A DNA stretch of 24,000 bases from the NCBI RefSeq assembly GCF_002091755.1, contig NZ_BDAI01000005.1, positions 142,110 to 166,109 of the forward strand. Reading direction: 5' to 3'. A program made the translations under genes and the position numbers. Numbering within the stretch: the first letter of the stretch is position 1; each line of letters opens with the position of its first letter. The DNA is from Pseudomonas nitroreducens NBRC 12694. GTDB lineage: Bacteria; Pseudomonadota; Gammaproteobacteria; Pseudomonadales; Pseudomonadaceae. The notes below the pieces were generated by a model that made no database searches, had not been told where the DNA came from, and was given only the letters and a program-made list of their open reading frames with translations. This document shows, piece by piece, positions 15,016-22,282 of this stretch.

Positions 15016-15135
15016 GTGACCAGCTTTGCCGCTCTTGCTAACTTCTTCGCCGCCACCGCTTTCCTGACTGCGCCCGCGAAGGCCGACCCGGAACGCCGTG
15101 AGATCCGTGAGGCGAAAAAGAACCGCCGCAAGTAA
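15016..15135 (+). CDS. Candidate 39-aa small membrane protein/peptide upstream of the BCCT transporter
   Basis: The GTG start at 15016 is preceded by GGAGA with a 5-nt spacer. Translation is MTSFAALANFFAATAFLTAPAKADPERREIREAKKNRRK: a hydrophobic helix followed by a strongly basic tail. By my count, about three quarters of the codons end in G/C. Two hairpins follow the stop. No homology is recognised. Confidence 0.4.
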   Translation: MTSFAALANFFAATAFLTAPAKADPERREIREAKKNRRK

Positions 15136-15152
15136 GCAGTACCCGCTCCGCT

Positions 15153-15207
15153 CGGCCCTTTTGACAGGGCCGGCGGCGGGACCATCGGTCCCGCCGATTG
15201 GCTTTCC
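15153..15207 (+). terminator. Tandem hairpins after the small ORF (candidate weak terminator/attenuator)
   Basis: Hairpin A is CGGCCC-N8-GGGCCG (15153-15172). Hairpin B is GGCGGGAC-N5-GTCCCGCC (15175-15195). They are followed by GATTGGCTTTCC, which is only a weak U-tract. Confidence 0.3.
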
Positions 15208-15227
15208 AGGGCCATCCCGTGTTTTCA

Positions 15228-15243
15228 TTGAATGCTTGTTCAA
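15228..15243. promoter_or_regulatory. Candidate BetI-type operator TTGAATGCTTGTTCAA
   Basis: It is the inverted repeat TTGAA-N6-TTCAA, about 75-90 bp upstream of the BCCT start. It resembles the E. coli betT/betI operator core as I recall it (TTGATTGGACGTTCAA), with about 12 of 16 positions identical. This comparison is from memory and unverified. Confidence 0.3.
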
Positions 15244-15315
15244 GGAAAAGTCAGAGGGACCCCGCCCGTTTTGTCCGTTGCACAATCGCCCCCGTCCGTA
15301 ACACCCTCACCCTCC

Positions 15316-17280
15316 ATGCGCATGAACCCACCGGTCTTCTACGGTGCGGCCGCGCTGATCCTTCTCTTCGCCCTGATCGTCATCAGCCTGCCCCAACGGG
15401 CCGGTGAATGGCTGCTCGCCGCACAGTCCTGGGCCGCCGATACCGTCGGCTGGTACTACCTGCTGGCGATGACGCTGTACCTGATCTTCGTGGTGGTCAC
15501 CGCGCTTTCCGGCTACGGAAAGATCAAGCTCGGTGCCGACCACGACGAGCCGGAATTCAGCTATCTGTCCTGGGCCGGCATGCTCTTCGCCGCCGGCATC
15601 AGCATCACTTTGTTCTTCTTCTGCGTCTCCGAGCCGCTGACCCACTTCGCCCAGCCACCGCAAGGCGAAGCCGGCACGCCGGAAGCGGCGCGGCAGGCGA
15701 TGCAGCTGCTGTTCCTGCACTGGGGCCTGCATGGCTGGGGCGTGTTCGCCCTGGTGGCGATGGCCCTGGCCTACTTCGCCTACCGGCACAACCTGCCGCT
15801 GGCGCTGCGCTCGGCGCTCTACCCGCTGATCGGCAAGCGCATCAACGGCCCCATCGGCTACACCGTGGACTGCTTCGGCATCATCGCCACGGTGTTCGGC
15901 CTGGGCGCGGACATGGGCTTCGGCGTGCTGCAACTCAACGCCGGGCTGGACTTCCTGTTCGGCATCGCCCACAGCCATCCGGTGCAGATGACGTTGATCG
16001 CGCTGATGATGGGCGCGGCGATTCTGGTCGCTGTATCAGGCGTGGACAAGGGCATCCGCCTGCTCTCTGACATCAACATGCTGCTGGCCTGCGCGCTGCT
16101 GCTCTTCGTGCTGTTCGCCGGCCCCACCCAGCACCTGCTCAACACCCTGGTGCAGAATATCGGCGACTACCTGGGCAGCCTGCCGACCAAGAGCTTCGAC
16201 CTTTACGCCTACGGCAAGGACGGCAGCGACTGGCTGGGTGGCTGGACGGTGTTCTACTGGGCCTGGTGGATCGCCTGGGCGCCTTTCGTCGGGCTGTTCA
16301 TCGCGCGCATCTCGCGCGGGCGGACGATCCGCGAGTTCGTCTTCGGCGTGCTCTTCATCCCGCTGGGCTTCACCCTGGCGTGGATGTCGATCTTCGGCAA
16401 CAGCGCACTGGATCAGGTACTCAACCATGGCTTCAGCGAACTGGGCCGCGTGGCCATTGCCGATCCGTCCATGGCGCTGTACCAGATGCTGCAGAACTAC
16501 CCCGCGAGCCGTGTAGTGATCGCGGTGACGGTGCTGGTCAGCTTCGTCTTCTTCGTCACCTCGGCGGACTCCGGCACCGTGGTGCTCTCCACGCTCTCCG
16601 CCCACGGCGGCAACGCCGACGATGACGGCCCGAAGTGGCTGCGGGTGTTCTGGGGCGTGGCCACCGCGCTGGTCACCGGCGGCCTGCTGTTCGCCGGCAG
16701 CATCGATGCGCTGAAGTCCGCAGTGGTGCTGACCTCGCTGCCCTTCTCGCTGATCCTGCTGCTGATGATGTGGGGCCTGCACAAGGCGTTCTACCTCGAA
16801 TCCCAGCGCCAGCGCGCGCGCACCCACTCCCTGGCGCCACCGCCCTCGGCCAAGCCCGGCGGCTGGAAGCGGCGTATCTCCCAGGCCGTGCACTTTCCCA
16901 CGCGCGACGAGGTGTACCGCTTCATGGTCGATGTGGTCAGCCCGGCGATCGCCGAGGTCTCCGAGGTCTTCCGCGAGAAGGGCCTGCAGGTGGATTCGGA
17001 CCTGGACCTGAGCAACCTGGAGCTGGTGCTGGAAATCGGCCACGGCGAGCAGCACACGTTCCTCTACCAAGTGTCGATGCGCGGCTACTTCACCCCGTCC
17101 TTCGCCCGCGCCGGCATGGGCGGCCTGCACCTGAAGAACCGCCGCTACTTCCGCGCCGAGGTGCACCTCTCCGAAGGCAGCCAGGACTATGACCTGATGG
17201 GCTACAGCAAGGAGCAGATCATCAACGACATGCTCGACCAGTACGAGCGGCACCTGCAGTTCCTGCACTTGGTGCGTTGA
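15316..17280 (+). CDS. BCCT-family transporter (BetT-like choline/betaine/carnitine transporter with a long cytoplasmic C-terminal domain)
   Basis: 654 aa from ATG 15316 (an alternative ATG is at 15322). It has multiple TM helices. BCCT hallmark stretches include WTVFYWAWWIAWAPFVGLFIARISRGRTIREF. A soluble tail of about 150 aa resembles BetT-type proteins. The upstream part of the track ORF has no coding character. Confidence 0.85.
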   Translation: MRMNPPVFYGAAALILLFALIVISLPQRAGEWLLAAQSWAADTVGWYYLLAMTLYLIFVVVTALSGYGKIKLGADHDEPEFSYLSWAGMLFAAGISITLFFFCVSEPLTHFAQPPQGEAGTPEAARQAMQLLFLHWGLHGWGVFALVAMALAYFAYRHNLPLALRSALYPLIGKRINGPIGYTVDCFGIIATVFGLGADMGFGVLQLNAGLDFLFGIAHSHPVQMTLIALMMGAAILVAVSGVDKGIRLLSDINMLLACALLLFVLFAGPTQHLLNTLVQNIGDYLGSLPTKSFDLYAYGKDGSDWLGGWTVFYWAWWIAWAPFVGLFIARISRGRTIREFVFGVLFIPLGFTLAWMSIFGNSALDQVLNHGFSELGRVAIADPSMALYQMLQNYPASRVVIAVTVLVSFVFFVTSADSGTVVLSTLSAHGGNADDDGPKWLRVFWGVATALVTGGLLFAGSIDALKSAVVLTSLPFSLILLLMMWGLHKAFYLESQRQRARTHSLAPPPSAKPGGWKRRISQAVHFPTRDEVYRFMVDVVSPAIAEVSEVFREKGLQVDSDLDLSNLELVLEIGHGEQHTFLYQVSMRGYFTPSFARAGMGGLHLKNRRYFRAEVHLSEGSQDYDLMGYSKEQIINDMLDQYERHLQFLHLVR

Positions 17281-17296
17281 ACCAGGCTGAAACGAG

Positions 17297-17320
17297 AAAG
17301 GCGCCCACAGGCGCCTTTTT
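17297..17320. terminator. Bidirectional Rho-independent terminator between the convergent BCCT and OPT genes
   Basis: AAAGGCGCC-CACA-GGCGCCTTT forms a 6-bp GC stem extended by 3 A-T pairs. T5 follows on the plus strand and TTTCTCGTTT on the minus strand. Confidence 0.8.
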
Positions 17321-17337
17321 CACATCACGGCGATGGA

Positions 17338-19377
17338 TCAGCCGCGTGTGCCGCCCAGCACCTTGCGGTAGAACAGCACGCAGATCGCCACGAAGACCAC
17401 CAAGCCAAGCCACTGCGCGGTGTCCTCGAAGCCGCCGCCGACCAGCGCCAGCGGTGCGTCCGTGCCAGTGGTGCCGATCACGGCCGCCAGCAGGATACCC
17501 ATCAGGCTCTCGCCCACGATCAGGCCCGAAGCCAGCAGCACGCCACGGCGCTTGGGCTCGTCGGAGTACTTCTCCACATCCTTGCCGGCGGCTGCCGCGC
17601 GCTTGGCCAGCGCCGTTTCCAGCAGCCAGGCGATCACCGCGCCGACCACCAGGGTCATGCCGATGGTGGGCGGCAGGTAGATGCCCAGGCCGACGGCGAG
17701 CACCGGCAGGCTGGCCTTGCCGGTGCGACGCAGCAGCACATCCACCAGGATCAGCGCGATGCCCAGCGCCACGCCGATGAGGATCATGTTCCAGTTCAGC
17801 GCGTTGTGGAAAATCCCGCTGGCGATGGCGGTCATCAGCGTTGCCTGCGGTGCAGCCAGGGCGGCGTTCGGGTCCATGCCCTCGCGCGGCAATGCGCCGG
17901 TGAAGCCATAGGCGTTGAACAGTAGCTCCAGCACCGGCGGGATCACCAGCGCGCCGACCAGGCAGCCGACGATCAGCGCCACCTGCTGGCGCCACGGCGT
18001 GGCGCCGACCAGATAACCGGTCTTCAGGTCCTGCAGGTTGTCGTTGGAAATCGCCGCGATGGCGATCACCACCGAGGTGGTGAACAGCGCCAGGGCAATG
18101 GCGAGCTTGCCGCCCTGCTGGTCGAGGAAACCGGTCTCCAGCGATCCGACGCCGAGAATCAGCAGCGACACCAGGATCACCGCGATGATGCCGATGCCGG
18201 AGATCGGGCTGCTCGACGAGCCGACCAGGCCCGCCATGTAGCCGCAGGCGGCGGCGATCAGGAAGCCGAAGAAGAAGGCGAAGATCACGCAGACCGCCAC
18301 CAGTCCCCAGAAGCCGACGCCCTTCAGGTCCGGCGCCGCGTCGCTGAGGAAGTAGGAGAAGACCACGAACAGCGCTACCAGCAGGAAGCCGGCGATGGCG
18401 ACTATCCATTTGGCGGAGAGGTCCTGCTCGGTGCGCAGGTCGCTGGCTTCGCCGCGGCCGCGCACGGCACTGAGCGACGACCAGACGCCCTGCACCATGG
18501 GTTTGAACAGCGTCGCCAGGGTCCACAGTGCGGCGATGCCGATGGTGCCGGCGCCGAGGAAGCGCACCTGGCTGCTCCACAGTTTGGTGGCCAGCTCCGG
18601 CAGCGTTTGCCCCGCCGCCAGCACGCTGTTCACCGAGAGCAGCGGCACGGCCACGCCCCAGGCGATGACCACGCCGATCAGGATGGCGATGCCGGCGGTG
18701 ATGCCCATCAGGTAGCCGGCGCCGACCAGCGCCAGGGAGAAGCCGGTGGACAGGCGGAACGCCGCCTGCCCGGCGGTGATCCAGAAGCTGAAGCCTTCGG
18801 CGAGCACCTTGAAGCCACTGCTGAACAGGCTGAAGGCCGCCGCGACCACGCCGCCGGCAAGGATGTCGCGCAGGCCCGGGCCGCCGGCTTTCGCAGGCTT
18901 GCCGGCCTTCTCCTCTTCCTCGTCCTGGCTGCCGACACGGAGGATCTCCGCCGCCGCCACGCCCTCGGGGTAGGGCAGGCTGCTCTGCACCACCATGACC
19001 CGACGCAGCGGGATGGTGTAGAGCACGCCGAGGATGCCGCCGATGGAGCAGATGGCCGCCGTCTGCCAGAACGGGAAGCCGCTCCAGTAGCCGATCATCA
19101 AGAGGCCCGGAAGGATGAAGATGATCGAGGACAGGGTGCCGGCCGCCGAGGCCTGGGTCTGCACCATGTTGTTCTCGAGGATGTTGGAGCCGGAGAAGTA
19201 GCGCAGCACGGCCATGGAAATGACTGCCGCGGGAATCGACGAGGCGAAGGTCAGGCCGACCTTGAGGCCGAGGTAGACGTTGGAAGCGGTGAACACCACG
19301 GTGATCAGCGCGCCGAGGATCAGGCCGCGAACCGTCAGCTCGGCGAGGTTGGACTCGTCGGGAATCCGTTCTTGCAT
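17338..19377 (-). CDS. OPT-family oligopeptide transporter
   Basis: The 679-690 aa polytopic membrane protein has the region LTVRGLILGALITVVFTASNVYLGLKVGLTFASSIPAAVISMAVL, typical of OPT-family proteins. I prefer ATG 19375-19377 (MQERIPDES, GAAGAGA upstream) over the TTG at 19410 that opens the track ORF. The start is uncertain by 11 codons. Confidence 0.8.
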   Translation of the reverse strand: MQERIPDESNLAELTVRGLILGALITVVFTASNVYLGLKVGLTFASSIPAAVISMAVLRYFSGSNILENNMVQTQASAAGTLSSIIFILPGLLMIGYWSGFPFWQTAAICSIGGILGVLYTIPLRRVMVVQSSLPYPEGVAAAEILRVGSQDEEEEKAGKPAKAGGPGLRDILAGGVVAAAFSLFSSGFKVLAEGFSFWITAGQAAFRLSTGFSLALVGAGYLMGITAGIAILIGVVIAWGVAVPLLSVNSVLAAGQTLPELATKLWSSQVRFLGAGTIGIAALWTLATLFKPMVQGVWSSLSAVRGRGEASDLRTEQDLSAKWIVAIAGFLLVALFVVFSYFLSDAAPDLKGVGFWGLVAVCVIFAFFFGFLIAAACGYMAGLVGSSSSPISGIGIIAVILVSLLILGVGSLETGFLDQQGGKLAIALALFTTSVVIAIAAISNDNLQDLKTGYLVGATPWRQQVALIVGCLVGALVIPPVLELLFNAYGFTGALPREGMDPNAALAAPQATLMTAIASGIFHNALNWNMILIGVALGIALILVDVLLRRTGKASLPVLAVGLGIYLPPTIGMTLVVGAVIAWLLETALAKRAAAAGKDVEKYSDEPKRRGVLLASGLIVGESLMGILLAAVIGTTGTDAPLALVGGGFEDTAQWLGLVVFVAICVLFYRKVLGGTRG

Positions 19378-19527
19378 GTAGGCAGTCTCTTCATAAAGCG
19401 CAACTGCCAAAGCGTAGGACAGTGCGCCAGCCGCCGCGACCCAGAATGGCGACGAATGCGGTCTGCCGTGCGGCTTTGTTGCCTTAAGTCACGGGGATGA
19501 CGGTAATTTCCGAGTCGCCGCGCCGCC

Positions 19528-19606
19528 TGTAGGAGCGAGCTTGCTCGCGAACGGATTCCAGGATGACTCCGGAGTTATGCGGTTCGCGAGCAAGCTCGCT
19601 CCTACA
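19528..19606. repeat. Inverted pair of REP elements forming a long hairpin
   Basis: TGTAGGAGCGAGCTTGCTCGCGA (19528-19550) and its exact reverse complement (19584-19606) are separated by 33 nt. The pair lies just downstream of the tauD stop and is the likely operon end. Confidence 0.85.
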
Positions 19607-19635
19607 AATCAAACCGCCAATTCCGTGTGGCGAAC

Positions 19636-20472
19636 TCAGAACGGCTTGTCGCCGAGGATGGTCGCCCGGTGCATCACCCGCCGCTGCGGGCGGTAATCGT
19701 CCACCGCGTAGTGCTGGGTCACGCGGTTGTCCCAGAAGGCCACGTCGTTTTCCTTCCAGCGCCAGCGCACGGTGAACTCAGGACGCGCGAAGTGGGCGAA
19801 CAGCAGGTCGAGAATGGCGCGGCTTTCCGCCGGCTCCAGCTCGTTGATGCGGGTGGTGAAGCCGTCGCTGACGAACAGCGCCTTGCGCCCGGTGACCGGG
19901 TGCGTACGGATCACCGGGTGGCTGCGCGGCGGGTTCTTCCTCCGCGCCTCTTCCAGCCGCGCGCGATCCGCGTCGGTGGCACCGAAGCGCTCCTGCGGGA
20001 AGGACTTGCTGATGTCGTGGGTCGCGGTAAGGCCGTCGAGGAGTTGCTGCAGTGGCTTCGACAGCGCCTCGAACGCCGCGATGCCGCTGGCCCACAGGGT
20101 ATCGCCACCGTAGGGCGGCAGCTGCTTGGCGGCGAGCACGGCGCCCAGGGCCGGGGTTTCCAGGAAGGTCACGTCGGTGTGCCAGATGGCGTTGTCGCGC
20201 ACATCGGTGACGGCGGTATCGAGGACGATGACTTCGCGCTGTTCCGGCGAGCTGGGGTAGATCGGGTGGATGTGCAGGTCACCGAAGCGCGCGGCGAAGT
20301 TCGCCTGCTGGCTCGGCGTCAGCGGCTGATCGCGGAAAAACAGCACGTGGTGATCGAGCAGGGCCTGCTCGATCTGGCGCTGCGCCGCGTCGTCCAGCGG
20401 ATCGGCCAGGCGCACGCCGGAAACGACGGCGCCCAGGGCCGGACTGATGGGTTCGATGCTCAGGGTGGTCAT
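19636..20472 (-). CDS. tauD: Taurine dioxygenase (Fe(II)/2-oxoglutarate-dependent)
   Basis: 278 aa. The sequence [22 protein letters not shown]...[11 protein letters not shown]...[17 protein letters not shown]...LWASG...H carries the TauD family HxD...H pattern. It is the last gene after tauABC. Confidence 0.9.
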   Translation of the reverse strand: MTTLSIEPISPALGAVVSGVRLADPLDDAAQRQIEQALLDHHVLFFRDQPLTPSQQANFAARFGDLHIHPIYPSSPEQREVIVLDTAVTDVRDNAIWHTDVTFLETPALGAVLAAKQLPPYGGDTLWASGIAAFEALSKPLQQLLDGLTATHDISKSFPQERFGATDADRARLEEARRKNPPRSHPVIRTHPVTGRKALFVSDGFTTRINELEPAESRAILDLLFAHFARPEFTVRWRWKENDVAFWDNRVTQHYAVDDYRPQRRVMHRATILGDKPF

Positions 20473-20521
20473 GTTCGTGTTCTCTCGTGAGGTTCACGGG
20501 AAGAGGCGTGCTCTGCCCTGT

Positions 20522-20542
20522 CCCTCACCTGCGTGGTGAGGG
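20522..20542. repeat. Intercistronic hairpin between tauC and tauD
   Basis: CCCTCACC-N5-GGTGAGGG is an 8-bp perfect stem in the 102-bp tauC-tauD gap. Confidence 0.5.
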
Positions 20543-20574
20543 CGTCGGATCAGTGTTCTTGAAGAAGGAAGCGG

Positions 20575-21393
20575 TTATTCCCAGGACGCAAACCGTTTCT
20601 GCAGCCAGCGCAGCCCCAGCTCGAAGCTCAGCGCGATGGCGGCGATCAGCAGGATGCCCAGCACCACCACGTCGGTGGCGAGGAACTGCGCGGCGGACTG
20701 CACCATGAAGCCCAGGCCGCGGTTGGCGGCGATCAGCTCGGCGGCGACCAGGGTCGACCAGCCCACGCCCAGGGCGATGCGCAGGCCGGTCAGGACTTCC
20801 GGCAGCGCGCTGGGGAGGATGACGTGACGCACCACCTGCAGGCGGCTCGCGCCCAGGCAGCGCAAGGCCTGGATGCGCGACTTGTCCACGCGGCGGACAC
20901 CGGCGGCAGTAGCGATCAGCAGCGGCGCGAACAGGGCAAGGTAGATGAGCAGCACCTTGGACAGCTCGCCGATGCCGAACCAGATGACGATCAGCGGCAG
21001 GTAGGCCAGCGGCGGCACCGGGCGATAGAACTCCACCAGCGGATCGAACGCCGCGCTGACCAGCGGATTGAGGCCCATCAGGATGCCCAGCGGAATTGCC
21101 GTCAGCACCGCCGCGCCCAGCGCCAGCAGCACACGCATCAGGCTGGTGCCGACGTGTTGCCACAGCGAGGCGTCGACGTAACCTTCGGCCAGCACACGCT
21201 GGAAGGCCTCCACCAGTTGCTCCGGGGCCGGCAGGAACAGGGTGTCGACCCAGCCCAGATGCGTGGCCAGCCACCAGAGCGCGAAGACGCCGACGATGCT
21301 GCCGGCGGCGGCCCAGCGGCGGTAATCACCCGGTACGCTGCGGGGTTTCGGCGCGGCGGCGGGGAGTTTGGCGGCGAGGGTTTCAGTGGGCAT
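20575..21393 (-). CDS. tauC: Taurine ABC transporter permease
   Basis: 272 aa from ATG 21391-21393 (MPTETLAAKLP...), preceded by GGAGG with a 6-nt spacer and overlapping the tauB stop by 11 nt. It has the BPD-type permease body. The track ORF's earlier ATG (21423) lacks an SD sequence. Confidence 0.85.
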   Translation of the reverse strand: MPTETLAAKLPAAAPKPRSVPGDYRRWAAAGSIVGVFALWWLATHLGWVDTLFLPAPEQLVEAFQRVLAEGYVDASLWQHVGTSLMRVLLALGAAVLTAIPLGILMGLNPLVSAAFDPLVEFYRPVPPLAYLPLIVIWFGIGELSKVLLIYLALFAPLLIATAAGVRRVDKSRIQALRCLGASRLQVVRHVILPSALPEVLTGLRIALGVGWSTLVAAELIAANRGLGFMVQSAAQFLATDVVVLGILLIAAIALSFELGLRWLQKRFASWE

Positions 21394-22174
21394 GCTCGGC
21401 CTCCGGTTCTTCGAGGAACTCATCGAGAAGCAGTTGGCGCAGACGCGCGAATTCCGGGTCGGACTTGATGCTGCGCACCGGCTCGCCGGCGGCGTAGCGG
21501 CGGGCGAAGTCCAGCGACAGGCGCTTGACGATGCGCGCCGGTGGCCCGTCCATCACCACCAGGTCAGTGGCGAGGAACAGCGCTTCGTCGACGCTGTGGG
21601 TAATCAGGAACAGGCCCTTGCCGGTCTTGCGCCACAAGTCGAGGGTCAGCACCTGCATGCGTTCGCGGGTCAGAGCATCGAGCGCGCCGAAGGGTTCGTC
21701 GAGCAGGAGGAAATCCGGTTCCACCGCCAGTGCGCGGGCGAGGCCCAGGCGCTGCCGCTGGCCGCCGGAAAGTTGCGAGATGCGGTAGTCCGCGTGCTCA
21801 CCCAGGCCCACCAGCTTCAATACTTCGTGGGCACGGGCATTGCGCTCGGCAGCGCCGACGCCGCGAATGCGCAAGCCCAGGGCCACGTTGTCCAGGGCGT
21901 TGAGCCAGGGCATCAGGGCGTCATCCTGGAACACCACGCCGCGTTCGCCGCCAGGACCTTCGAGGGTCCGGCCATCGATCTGCACGCGACCGCTGTCAGG
22001 CGCCTGGAAGCCCGCCAGCACGTTGAGCAGGCTGGACTTGCCGCAGCCGGACGGGCCGAGCACCACCAGGGATTCGCCCTTGGCCAGGCTGAGAGTGAGG
22101 TCCTGCAGCACGACGCGCTCGCGTCCGCGCTGCTGGAAAGTGAGGCTGACCGCCTCGGCCGTCAGACGGCTCAT
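21383..22174 (-). CDS. tauB: Taurine ABC transporter ATP-binding protein
   Basis: 263 aa. Walker A is GPSGCGKSS, the ABC signature is LSGGQRQR, and Walker B is FLLLDEP. Confidence 0.9.
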   Translation of the reverse strand: MSRLTAEAVSLTFQQRGRERVVLQDLTLSLAKGESLVVLGPSGCGKSSLLNVLAGFQAPDSGRVQIDGRTLEGPGGERGVVFQDDALMPWLNALDNVALGLRIRGVGAAERNARAHEVLKLVGLGEHADYRISQLSGGQRQRLGLARALAVEPDFLLLDEPFGALDALTRERMQVLTLDLWRKTGKGLFLITHSVDEALFLATDLVVMDGPPARIVKRLSLDFARRYAAGEPVRSIKSDPEFARLRQLLLDEFLEEPEAEHAH

Positions 22175-22216
22175 GTTCTGCCCTCCGTAGGGTGAGAAAG
22201 GGATGCTGCGGTGCCA

Positions 22217-22265
22217 ACCCTCCGCCCAACCCTCTTCCTGGAAGGGAGAGGGTTGGGGAGAGGGT
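22217..22265. repeat. Long imperfect palindromic (REP-like) element in the tauA-tauB gap
   Basis: An 11-bp perfect stem, CCCAACCCTCT/AGAGGGTTGGG (22225-22235 / 22247-22257), is extended by 6 more bp (22217-22222 / 22260-22265) across a 2-nt mismatch. The arms contain the internal direct repeats CAACCCTC x2 and GAGGGT x2. Confidence 0.7.
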
Positions 22266-22282
22266 GCCCCGCTGCAGGTCGA

